A DNA stretch of 64,000 nucleotides from Rebecca billardiae RCC1528 (lineage: Eukaryota > Protista > Haptophyta), in assembly GCA_965240325.2 (NCBI GenBank), contig OZ251236.1:1178001-1242000 (forward strand). Direction: 5' to 3'. The notes beneath the pieces are model-generated. The model was given only the letters and a program-made list of their open reading frames with translations. It searched no databases and was not told the origin of the DNA. This document shows, in pieces, positions 46,749-57,258 of this stretch. Both the position numbers and the translations under genes were made by a program. Within the stretch, counting starts at the first letter, position 1; each line of letters opens with the position of its first letter.

Positions 46749-47432
46749 ATGGACGCATCCGATGCACACCCCATGCAGACTTACGTGCTGTCATGGCTCG
46801 GCGCGCAGCGCGCGGCGGCGTTGGCGTGGCTGTCGCTGGCCGTGTGCGTCGCGGGCGTGAGCATCGTGCTCGGTGACTTTTACTGCACGGATCTGATCCG
46901 CGCGGCCCTTGGCACACATGACGGCATCACAACGTTTTGTGGAGGTGTGCGGTGGGCGGCTCTCGCGCTTCCGCTTTTGGGGGTGGTGGAACGCGCCCTC
47001 GCAATCGCACTGTCTGCTCGTGCTTTCGGCAATTGGCTTGCACCGCTTCTGATCTGCGCTTTCTGTGTGCTCGTCTTTCTTGTACGTTTTGCCCGCACAA
47101 GGACAGAATTTGGAAACGTGTGGGCTGATGCCGTGTTCTTCACTATCGTTATCTACGCGGCCGTACCGTTGGTCGGGCTTGACAGTGGTAGCAGCATGCA
47201 GGGCGAGGCGCGTATCGTGGCATTCACCGCAGGAGTCGATCTCATCCTCATGTCCGCTGCGTTGGGCGCACCATCGGCGTGGCGCGCGACACAGACAGCA
47301 GATGTGCTAGCTGGTGCCGCGTGCGTGTTTGGAGTAAGTTGGGTGGGGCGACTTGGCTGCAGCACGGTGTTGCTGCGGTGGAAGGCAGAGGCGGTGGCCA
47401 AATCTGGGGCCCTGAACATGAGGCTGCTCTGA
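46749..47432 (+). CDS. Hypothetical multi-pass membrane protein (~227 aa), possibly truncated or a pseudogene
   Basis: About six hydrophobic segments; many T/A-ending codons unlike neighbouring host genes; begins ~100 bp after the Harbinger-like element. The longer track ORF runs through the TIR. Confidence 0.45.
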   Translation: MDASDAHPMQTYVLSWLGAQRAAALAWLSLAVCVAGVSIVLGDFYCTDLIRAALGTHDGITTFCGGVRWAALALPLLGVVERALAIALSARAFGNWLAPLLICAFCVLVFLVRFARTRTEFGNVWADAVFFTIVIYAAVPLVGLDSGSSMQGEARIVAFTAGVDLILMSAALGAPSAWRATQTADVLAGAACVFGVSWVGRLGCSTVLLRWKAEAVAKSGALNMRLL

Positions 47433-47839
47433 GCAGCACTGGCCCCCTGGAGGACTGGGCCTGAGTAGGCGATGGAACTCGAATCAGCCTCCGGTCCGCA
47501 TCGCAGAACGGCAGATCGAATTCGAAATCGCGTACTTGACAATAATCGTTGACTAGTACAACGTGCTTCCGCAACAGTGACGATGACGTAGTGGTCATGG
47601 ACTTCTTATTGCGCACGAAGTGACTTTCACTCGCGGATCTCGTCGTTGTTCGACTTTCGCCTTCGGTCTGTCGCCGTCGGCGACCGCGCGTGTACGTGCC
47701 ACCAGCCAAATGCCAATGCCATCTTATGCCATGGGCATGCCGATGCGTCGCCGTCACCGCCCCCACGCTGCCCACCCACACCGGTCACGGCGCCAGCGTC
47801 GTCGGACGACTGCGTCGATTATTAGGACGATGACGATGA

Positions 47840-47841
<2 letters not shown>

Positions 47842-47893
<52 letters not shown>
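47842..47893. repeat. (TA)n microsatellite
   Basis: TA run abutting a TIR element. Confidence 0.95.
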
Positions 47894-47896
<3 letters not shown>

Positions 47897-47900
47897 TTTA

Positions 47901-48810
47901 GGCCTGTTTTATTTCTACCAGATTCCATTTCCTATGTCACGGCGACAAACCGTTGCTCGCCAGTGGGAATCGGTGTCACGCCCCGTTGGGTGTACCTCTC
48001 ACCGCCGATGGCGGCCCCCACGTGCGCGAGGAACGCGATTCCTGCACTCCTCGGTGACCGGTGAGTGCAGGAATCCAGTTGCGGCTCTCGTCCGCCTCGT
48101 CATTGTCGCACACGAGGTACACCCAACACCATGGGTCGGATCCTAGAACTCTCCGCGCGCTCGCGCCCGCGCGGCGAGGCACTGGCAGGCTTGTTCTCAT
48201 CATCTTGTCCAAGACTGCAGCCTGCTAGATGCGCGAGGACGCGTGTGCACGCCTTTCCGCGCGTCATGGGTGCGCGTGGCACGCACCTTGTCGTCATCTA
48301 CGCCGAGGAGGCTTAAGCAACCGGCCCACCAACCTGCCGTGACCACGTTCAAATGCAGGCGGCAAGCTGCATGCGAGCGCACGCAACGGAAACATCTCAC
48401 GCTCGACAAGGAAGTGGTGGCGGACCGAGTAGAGCTGGAATCATTTGCAGTCCATCTGTTGTTCAACGATCCTGGTTCACCAGCTGACACGGGCGCGACG
48501 CAGCCAAGGCAGAGTGCTTGCAGCTTGCAGCGCGCCCGCAACTACTCGGCGGTCTGCCGCCGCGGCGCGGCGATCCGGTCACACTGCCGTGCGCTGCGAG
48601 TGACCTCTGTGTCATGGCGAAGCAAGCAGCATGTCTTGGCAACACCTTTCGCTACAGCTCAGCGCCCAAGTACGACCATGCGCCAACGACGTGCCATCAC
48701 TACTCCGCAATCGCGCCGGCACCCACCACCAGCGGGCAAGCCGCAAGCCGCCATTTTACCGCGTTTTGGCGAATGTCGCCGTTGGGCTCTCGTAGGAATA
48801 AAACAGGCCT
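47901..48810. mobile_element. ~900-bp non-autonomous TIR element (Tourist/Harbinger-like), copy 2, inverted relative to copy 1
   Basis: TIRs ggcctgttttatttctac / gtaggaataaaacaggcc(t); TTA at 47898-900 and 48811-13. Confidence 0.82.
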
Positions 48811-49196
48811 TTAGTCCGGTGACGGCGGCGCGCCGATTATGATACTAATATTATTATTATTACTATTGTCAAGCGGCCGGCGGCGCACGACTCAGCATAA
48901 TAATATATATATAGTACCCGCGGTGCCGCCACCCCAGCCAGACCCGCGCCGCCACCCGTGGCGCGCCACCCCGCACCCGGCCACCGGACGGATGCACCAG
49001 CACCTGCAGCACGGTGAGAGTGACGGTCCGCGCGGCGGCGCGGCATCGGTTCGCGCTCGGCCTGTGAGTTTCGAACGTCGGCACACAGTGCGTACGTCAG
49101 CGACACTGACACTCCGCCGCGGTAAGCGGCTGCGGAGTGCGGTGCCAACAAGGCACGATACCCATGCAGCCCGCCTCTGGGCGGTGCTGATGAACA

Positions 49197-50768
49197 TCAT
49201 TTGTACACGCTCGGCAGCCACAGCTCCTTCTCCTTGCCGAAGTAGGCGCGCCTGGCCTGGTCCGCCCAGCGCGCGGCGCCGTAGAGCACGAGCGCCGCGC
49301 TGGCTGCGCTCAGGCTCGCCGCGAGCCGGCCCGCGCACGCGAGCGCGGCGATCGCAAGGCTCGCCGCGACCGCGCCCCGGCCCGCCCACGCGCTGAGCGC
49401 ATCGAGCGTGCGCACAGCCTTGCGGCACTGCGGGCAGTGCTTGCCGTGGGTGTTCCAACGGCCGAGCTCGTCGGGAGCGCGCACCGGCGCCGCGCCGCCG
49501 CCGGGGACGGCGCCGAACGGGCCGCCACCGACGGCCGCGAGCCACTTGCGCACGGCGGCGACGCCCGTGTCGCTGAGCGTGAGCACGTCGAACGCCGCCT
49601 GCGGCCGGTGCGGCGCCTCGAGCTGCGCGTCGTCCTGCCCCTGCATCGTGAACTGGTCCTGGTCGTGGAAGCGCCACAGCCCGTCGCTCGCGAGGAAGAG
49701 CGCGTGCATCAGGTCGCCCACCGCGCGCGCGAGCGGCGCGGGCGCCCACTTGGGCAGCACCGCGCGCGAGAGGCTCGGGAAGCCGACGAGCGTGCGCGTC
49801 TCAAACGGCGCGGCCGGCACGAAGAAGAGCAGGAAGTCGCTCACCTTGCCGCCGGGCAGCTCGTACCGGGAGCGCACGTACGCGGGCGCGACAAAGGTGC
49901 GCGTGGCGTTCATGCCCTCGTTGGAGCGCTGGTACCCGCTGTGCTCCAGCTCGAAGCCGCGCGGCTCGACGGGCGCGGCCAGCCGCATCTGGCGCATCGG
50001 CACGGGCGGCGACGCGCTGAATGAGTCTGCGTGCAGGTAAGGCGCGTGCGACGGGTCCATCGCGTTCTCCAGCATCGACTCGTAGCTCACCGGCTCGACC
50101 TGCAGCAGCCAGTCGAGCCCGGCGGCGGCGCCGTCGGCGCCCAGCGGCAGCTCCGTGGCCGCGCTGCGCGCGTGCGCCCCGTCGGCGCGCTCGGGCCACA
50201 CCCAGACGAGTCCGGCCACCACGCGCACAGGGTAGGAGCCCACCGCCGTCTTCGCTGAGCCACACAGCCGCGCGGCCGCGTTCGGGTTGGTCGCCATGGG
50301 CACCTCGACGCACGCGCCGGTGCTATCGAAGCGCCAGCCATGGAACCGGCAGACGAGCGTACCGTCGCACACCTTGCCCGTCGAGAGCGGCGCCAGCCGG
50401 TGCGGGCAAACGTCGTCGCAGGCCGACCAGGCGTCACGGCCGTCAGGGTCGGAGCCCTTCCAGAGCGTCATCCTCCGACCGAGCAGGTTGAACGCAGTGG
50501 GGCGCTCCTCATCGGCGTAGGAGAGCGGCATCACCGGATACCATTGCCGCTCCCAGAACTCGCTGGCCACCGTCGGCTCTGGGGCAGCACGCGTGTCGGC
50601 GCTTGCAGAGGTCGACTCGAGCACCCACCGCAGACGGCTGCGGACGCGCGCGGGCGCGCGCGCCCGTCGAAGCTGGGGCTGCAGCCTTGCCGCGCCAGGC
50701 CTGACCACGCCGACCACAGCGGCTGCGATGCAGAGCAAGTAGAGAGCGCGCGCGCGCCACGGCAGCAT
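49197..50768 (-). CDS. Plastid-targeted Rieske/mononuclear-iron oxygenase, PAO/TIC55/PTC52 family
   Basis: Rieske CPHRLAPLS..CRFHGW, iron site ENAMDPSHAPYLH, C-terminal RWNTHGKHCPQC plus two TM helices; signal-peptide-like start MLPWRARALYLLCIAAAVVG. Confidence 0.92.
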   Translation of the reverse strand: MLPWRARALYLLCIAAAVVGVVRPGAARLQPQLRRARAPARVRSRLRWVLESTSASADTRAAPEPTVASEFWERQWYPVMPLSYADEERPTAFNLLGRRMTLWKGSDPDGRDAWSACDDVCPHRLAPLSTGKVCDGTLVCRFHGWRFDSTGACVEVPMATNPNAAARLCGSAKTAVGSYPVRVVAGLVWVWPERADGAHARSAATELPLGADGAAAGLDWLLQVEPVSYESMLENAMDPSHAPYLHADSFSASPPVPMRQMRLAAPVEPRGFELEHSGYQRSNEGMNATRTFVAPAYVRSRYELPGGKVSDFLLFFVPAAPFETRTLVGFPSLSRAVLPKWAPAPLARAVGDLMHALFLASDGLWRFHDQDQFTMQGQDDAQLEAPHRPQAAFDVLTLSDTGVAAVRKWLAAVGGGPFGAVPGGGAAPVRAPDELGRWNTHGKHCPQCRKAVRTLDALSAWAGRGAVAASLAIAALACAGRLAASLSAASAALVLYGAARWADQARRAYFGKEKELWLPSVYK

Positions 50769-51033
50769 GCCGAGCCGACGAGGGTGAAGCGCAACGCCGA
50801 CCGCGGCAAGCCCGACCACCGGGGGGTTGCCCGACGCAGCACCGATTTGATGGCGATTTATTGCCAAAGGATTAGTAAACAAGTAGGATATATCGAGAGC
50901 GAGATAGCTATCTCGCCAGGCGAGAACAAGTCCGGTCGCTGCGGAAATCGACGACCACACACAAAAGTCGGACGAAACGGCCGAGCGAGACGTGAGTTTC
51001 AAAACCCGCCTTCATCGTAGCCGCCAAGCGAGC

Positions 51034-51960
51034 ATGCACGCCCTCCTGCTTGGTGCACTCCTTGCGGGCGCCGCAGCGCCTTCTGGACGTCGCCTCTTCA
51101 CCTCTGGGGCGGCGGCGACGACGGGCTTTGGCTTTCGCGCGCTCGGTGGCGTGCGAGCCGCCCGCGCAGAGACGATCTCAGTCGACTCGCGCGCGCGTGC
51201 TCGAAGCAAGTACGGCAAGCGGCTGCTCCGGCTGCGCGACAAGCTGCGCCACTCGCAAGATGCCACCGGCGTGAATGAGCTCGTGGACGAGGACGCGGCT
51301 GCGATGACGTTACTCATCAGCGGTGCGTACGGCCAAAGAGCGCCCCTCGCGGCCGACCTGCGCCTGAAGCAGGAGCGCGTCCTGCAGGCGGCGGCGCGCA
51401 ATGATGCCGACAGCACGTTCACTGCGCTCGACGACTTCCTTCGCCTCGCGGAGTTCGAGACGGACAACAGCGACGAGCTGCAAGACTCGGCAGAGGACAA
51501 CACGGTCGACGAGGCTGTTCAGTCTCTGGAAAAGGCTGTGGGCGCCGGCGCCGGCGGAGTGACCAGGCTCGTCCCTGGCAGCGCGCTCCTCGGTACGGCA
51601 CTCGTGATTGGCGGGTTGGTCGGCTCGCGCGCGTTCCTCGGAGGCCTCGACGAACGTCTTTCGGAGGCGGGAGGTGATAGCCAGCTCTTCCCAAAGCTTG
51701 ACGAAAGCGAGCCAGAAGCTCTGCGCGCCAGGACAGAGGCGAGCTCTACTCAGCCTCGGCCTGCGCCGCCGCCATCGCCTCCGCCCCCGCCGCCAGGCGC
51801 GGAGTTCCGCCCGATCGTCGAGCGCGCGCGCGAGAAGAAGGCTTACGACCAGCTCGAGAGCGGCAGCATCCAGCTGGTAAATGCACCTCCAAAGCGTCGT
51901 CGCCGCGGGCGAGCTCGCACCACCCACCCGCCCATGGACCTCATCGATATGGATCACTGA
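51034..51960 (+). CDS. Psb31-like thylakoid lumen protein with C-terminal extension
   Basis: Signal peptide, RR motif and ARA cleavage, then ISVDSRARARSKYGKRLLRL..AAAMTLLISGAY, resembling my recollection of diatom Psb31 (RARxxYGxRI..AFILFNSGAY). Confidence 0.65.
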   Translation: MHALLLGALLAGAAAPSGRRLFTSGAAATTGFGFRALGGVRAARAETISVDSRARARSKYGKRLLRLRDKLRHSQDATGVNELVDEDAAAMTLLISGAYGQRAPLAADLRLKQERVLQAAARNDADSTFTALDDFLRLAEFETDNSDELQDSAEDNTVDEAVQSLEKAVGAGAGGVTRLVPGSALLGTALVIGGLVGSRAFLGGLDERLSEAGGDSQLFPKLDESEPEALRARTEASSTQPRPAPPPSPPPPPPGAEFRPIVERAREKKAYDQLESGSIQLVNAPPKRRRRGRARTTHPPMDLIDMDH

Positions 51961-52359
51961 AGTCCTTGCCCACGGCAGCCTGATTACTGTATTTATACTT
52001 ATAGACGTAATAGACGGCATTACTGCTCGTCATTACTACTATTAGCCCGACGAATCATTAGGCCATTAGCCGCGCCACTTTATCACTCAGATGACTAGTC
52101 ACTAGAGCTTCAGAGTGACTCAGATCACTATATATAATTATTCACTAGATTCACTCATCACTCTAAGGAGTAAGGTGTCACTCATAAATCAGTGACGATG
52201 ATCATGATCACGGCATGAGTCAGTCATGACATGACGACTCATGATGTCGATCGGATCGGGATATTCGGGATGAGCGGATGAGCCGATGCCCGATGCCCGA
52301 TAGGCGATTACGATACAGCGATACTCTCGGCTGATCTAAAGCATATACTTATCGGATCA

Positions 52360-53928
52360 ATGACCGCGTTCCGCGGTCCTTTTCTGCATAGAATCAACGC
52401 AGTTGGGGGCCCGCGGTGGCCGTGCAATCGCGGCTCTCCGCCGTAGTGGCAGTTCGCCAGTTGAAGTCGGTTCTGAGATGACTGAAGCTATATTAGTCCG
52501 ACCGTCGCCCTGCCTGCGCGACCGCGAGACTCATTCACACTTCACACAATCACAGCAGCGGACCTGAGACCGCACCCGGCACCGGTCGTCAAATCGGACG
52601 TCCGCCTGACAACTAGCTGCCAAATGTCCAACTGGCTGATCAGCTCGGATCCGACCCGTCCGCGATCGTGCCATCGGCATCGGAATTACTACTAGTAGCT
52701 GCCAAACTGTGTCCAACTCTGGCTGATCAGCTCGGATCCGACCCGTCCGCGATCGTGCCGAGTGAGTCGTGCCGCGGAGCTCGGAGTACTGAAGGCCGAG
52801 TCGGGTGTGACAGCAGGGTGCTTTAGCGCTGCGGCCCGTGCCAGCCAACGACCAGACGTACTCTGGCCACTTGACCCGTTGCACGGGTGAGTGACCGTAC
52901 GCCCTGCCTAGTGCCTACCGCGCGCGCCGCGCGACCGGCGACTCGGGGTGATGGAGAGCGGATGGCGACAGCAGCAGCAGTCCTCATGAAGACGATGAAA
53001 CTGGCGGCACGGGTGCACGAGGTGGCAGGCGAAAGCGCGCCGACGAGACCGCATTTGACACACCTGAGCCGCACGCGCGTGCCGTCGCCGAGCGGCGAGC
53101 GCTGCAAACGCGCAACCGTACCGCGCGCGCCACGACGGCGCGGCACTAGCTGATGCAGGCCGTACTGCCGGCACTGCTAGTCTGCGATCATGCGCCACGG
53201 TCGCAGCTGACTGCGTGAGCAGCAAGCGGGAGGCGGGTCCGGAGGCACGTGCAGGCGCCGTCCCGATGAAACTGGCGGCACGGGTGCACGAGGTGGCAGG
53301 CGAAAGCGCGCCGACGAGACCGCATTTGACACACCTGAGCCGCACGCGCGTGCCGTCGCCGTCAGAGCGGCGAGCGCTGCAAACAAACGCGCAACCGTAC
53401 CGCGCGCGCCACGACGGCGCGGCACTAGCTGATGCAGGCCGTACTGCCGGCACTGCTTCTGCGATCATGCGCCACGGTCGCAGCTGACTGCGTGAGCAGC
53501 AAGCGGGAGGCGGGTCCGGAGGCACGTGCAGGCGCCGTCCCGCATATCCGCCATCGCCCATCGTGCCGGGGCACGTCACCTCCGACGATCCGGATGTGGC
53601 CCAGTCCGGACGTCACGCGATCCGGGAAGACGAGTACGATTCGCTCGTAACGAACCGTTACACTAATGTCACGTCCAGCTGACGTCCAGATCGCACTTTA
53701 CTTAAGGGAATCAGCTGGGCGCGGTTTTTTTTGGCCTGATAGACCTCTCAATGCGATCTCAAAAACTCGAAACTCGGTCTCCGCCAGCCCTAAAAATCGC
53801 CCCCCGTCCCTTTTTTTCCGCCGCCCCCCGTCCCTTTTTTCTTGACGATCAAAGATCTTTTTGAAACGTGGTTCGGGCCCGCTGGTGCGGGCTCCACGCT
53901 GCGCGCTCCGCCCTACACCGCGGGCCAT
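52360..53928 (-). mobile_element. Non-autonomous element with asymmetric inverted repeats and terminal hairpin (Helentron/Helitron2-like), copy 1
   Basis: Near-identical to 54041-57133 minus the nested insert; caccgcgggcc at one terminus, its inverse ~50 bp inside the other, beside hairpin gaccgcg-ttc-cgcggtc; internal ~270-bp tandem duplication at ~52994-53543. Confidence 0.7.
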
Positions 53929-54040
53929 GAGCAGCGCCTATATATGATTTAAATTTCACTCATCAGCACTGTGATGAAATTTTCAGTATGAGTCGTAGAC
54001 GTAGTCGCAGCTGCGGCGAGTAGCGCTTAAAATATAATAT

Positions 54041-57000
54041 ATGACCGCGTTCCGCGGTCCTTTTCTGCATAGAATCAACGCAGTTGGGGGCCCGCGGTGG
54101 CCGTGCAATCGCGGCTCTCCGCCGTAGTGGCAGTTCGCCAGTTGAAGTCGGTTCTGAGATGACTGAAGCTATATTAGTCCGACCGTCGCCCTGCCTGCGC
54201 GACCGCGAGACTCATTCATAGGGGGTCCAAGCCGCGGAATTTAAAATCGAAAATCGACTGACCGATTTCGCGCTGAGCATTTCCGAACATTTTGGCCTCG
54301 AATTGCGGCAAGCACGGCCGCGGCCGTTCAGAGCACGGTCGAGCCCGAGATCGGGCGAGCAGCACGCCTGGGCGGTGGACTTCATCGTCGCGTCGGCGCG
54401 GCGGAGCGCGCTCTGGCGTCAGAGGCGCGCGGGCGGGCGAGTCAGGGTGGCCACCATGGCAGCGTTCGGCCAAATGATCGCTGGCAGCTCGCTCTCACCG
54501 GACATCTTGAACCTCACAGCCCCGCTCTGCGCGCCGTTCGAACTCTCATCCGGATGAGCGCGGACAACGCAGCCCCGGTTCCAGGTGAACCGTGCACGCT
54601 GCGCCCTGGTTCCCTACTGGTTCCATCAGTTCATGAGGAGAATGAGTCAGCCCCCGACGCTTGGCCCGGTGCGTGCAGTGCTCACCTCCCCACGCGCTGC
54701 GCATGCACTCGCGTGATCGCTGGCTGCTCGTGCGCAAACGGGAGCGCGCGGCAGTCGTGGGTGGTAAGCAAGCTCGGCGACCCTGTGTACGTGCGGGGCC
54801 TGTCTTCCAGCCCACAGTAGTACCGCCAGAAGCTCCAGCTGGCACGCGTCGGCTTGTTTGTTGTGCCACTTGGCGTGCCGCTTGGCTGCATGCAGCAGCC
54901 GAGCTGCCCTGAGGCGAAGAGCGTGCACCTTGTCACGAACGTCAAGCTTGCTGCGGAGCAGACGCGCGCCGCAAAGCTCCGCTATGGCCGCTGCCACATC
55001 TGTACACCGTGTCTTCGTCTCGGGAGTGCCGGCGCCACTGTTGGCGGCCGTCTTGGAGCAGCGCGCGGACTGCATGGTGCTCGGGGCAGGCGTGCGCGCT
55101 GGGCGCGGCAGCTGAGGCAGAGAGCTCAACGCTCGCCACCGAGCAGCTCGCCGAGTCAGGGGTAACCTGGAGCAGCCTCGACTGCAAGCGCTGTAGCCGC
55201 AGCAGAGGTGGACCGGTGGCGGCCTCGCGTGGGCTGGTGTACGACGAACGGCGACGGTGCCGGTGACACCTGAGACCGGGCAAGGAAGCCGCCACACATG
55301 GCGAGCTATCTGCGCACGCCAGCCTCGACGGCGGAGAGGCCTCTCATACGGGGATGGTGGCATGTTCAGTGGCGGAGTTGGCCGTGTGCCGCAGCACGTG
55401 CAGCCCGCCACCGGCATCAGGCCCGCGTTCGCGGGCCGGCGCTCACTGATGTGAGTCCAGTGGCAGCATGAGCCGTCTCGGCGGCCGCCGTATTCCGTAT
55501 TCGGATGACCCAGCAAATAGTGAGCAAGGTACCCATGTATAGGCACGCACTTGAATACATATTATAAAAGTAACCACATTGTATATAAAGTGGGTAGACA
55601 TGCTCTTATATGCGGGTACATTCCTATAATTAAATGGGTAATGTACTCGATCTTGGAGTAGTTTTTCATGGACGTCTACGCGCACAGCATAGTGCCCCAC
55701 TTTTTCGGTATTTTCACCATAAAATCCTTCGGATAGGGGGCAGCGCTTGTCAATAAGTAAGTCCGACCGCGTATCGTCATCTAGCTGCAATGACAAGTAG
55801 GAAACATTCGGCTGAATCTCTATGTGACACAGCGGGCGCCGCTGCGCGCGCGCACGACCGCCCGACGACACGCGGAGTCGGTTTTTAGTGCTTCTGACGG
55901 CTGGGCTGGGCCGTGGGACATATTTGAGGGGGACTCCGCAAGCGCCACGCTCAGCAGACGCCTACATGGCATGGTTGTCAAATATCACAAATCAGTGGGC
56001 TGCTGGCTTGGACCCCCTATCATTCACATTTCACACAATCACAGCAGCGGACCTGAGACCGCACCCGGCACCGGTCGTCAAATCGGACGTCCGTCTGACA
56101 ACTAGCTGCCAAATGTCCAACTGGCTGATCAGCTCGGATCCGACCCGTCCGCGATCGTGCCATCGGCATCGGAATTACTACTGGTAGCTGCCAAACTGTG
56201 TCCAACTCTGGCTGATCAGCTCGGATCCGACCCGTCCGCGATCGTGCCGAGTGAGTCGTGCCGCGGAGCTCGGAGTACTGAAGGAGTCGGGTGTGACAGC
56301 AGGGTGCTTTAGCGCTGCGGCCCGTGCCAGCCAACGACCAGACGTACTCTGGCCACTTGACCCGTTGCACGGGTGAGTGACCGTACGCCCTGCCTAGTGC
56401 CTACCGCGCGCGCCGCGCGACCGGCGACTCGGGGTGATGGAGAGCGGATGGCGACAGCAGCAGCAGTCCTCATGAAGACGATGAAACTGGCGGCACGGGT
56501 GCACGAGGTGGCAGGCGAAAGCGCGCCGACGAGACCGCATTTGACACACCTGAGCCGCACGCGCGTGCCGTCGCCGAGCGGCGAGCGCTGCAAACGCGCA
56601 ACCGTACCGCGCGCGCCACGACGGCGCGGCACTAGCTGATGCAGGCCGTACTGCCGGCACTGCTTCTGCGATCATGCGCCACGGTCGCAGCTGACTGCGT
56701 GAGCAGCAAGCGGGAGGCGGGTCCGGAGGCACGTGCAGGCAGCCGTCCCGCATATCCGCCATCGCCCATCGTGCCGGGGCACGTCACCTCCGACGATCCG
56801 GATGTGGCCCAGTCCGGACGTCACGCGATCCGGGAAGACGAGTACGATTCGCTCGTAACGGACCGTTACACTAATGTCACGTCCAGCTGACGTCCAGATC
56901 GCACTTTACTTAAGGGAATCAGCTGGGCGCGGTTTTTTTGGGCCTGATAGACCTCTCAATGCGATCTCAAAAACTCGAAACTCGGTCTCCGCCAGCCCTA

Positions 57001-57133
57001 AAAATCGCCCCCCGTCCCTTTTTTTCCGCCGCCCCCCGTCCCTTTTTTCTTGATCAAAGATCTTTTTGAAACGTGGTTCGGGCCCGCTGGTGCGGGCTCC
57101 ACGCTGCGCGCTCCGCCCTGCACCGCGGGCCAT
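54041..57133 (-). mobile_element. Helentron/Helitron2-like element, copy 2, interrupted by a nested TIR element
   Basis: Same termini (atgaccgcgttccgcggtcc ... caccgcgggccat) and body as copy 1. Confidence 0.7.
54219..56019. mobile_element. Nested hAT-like non-autonomous element (1801 bp)
   Basis: 15-bp perfect TIR tagggggtccaagcc / ggcttggacccccta; tcattca on both flanks (54212-18, 56020-26), single at the empty site in copy 1 (52531-37). Confidence 0.88.
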
Positions 57134-57258
57134 AATAACTCATGGCTCTGCAGTCTGCTGCGCCGCTGCTGCGCAGGGCCGCAGGCGGCACCCGCGCACG
57201 TCGTTGTCTCCGTCGCACGGTCATCAATCAGCGACAGCACCCGAGGCGACGCGCGCGG

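Noticed and set aside
40640-48810. A single composite transposon
   Set aside because: Outer flanks share no TSD and the two copies are clearly diverged.
52360-57133. LTR pair of a retrotransposon
   Set aside because: Only 112 bp separate the copies, with no gag/pol, PBS or PPT.
44329-57133. Transposase, Rep/helicase or Fanzor/TnpB ORF within the elements
   Set aside because: No DDE, HUH or RuvC motifs were recognisable in any listed frame.
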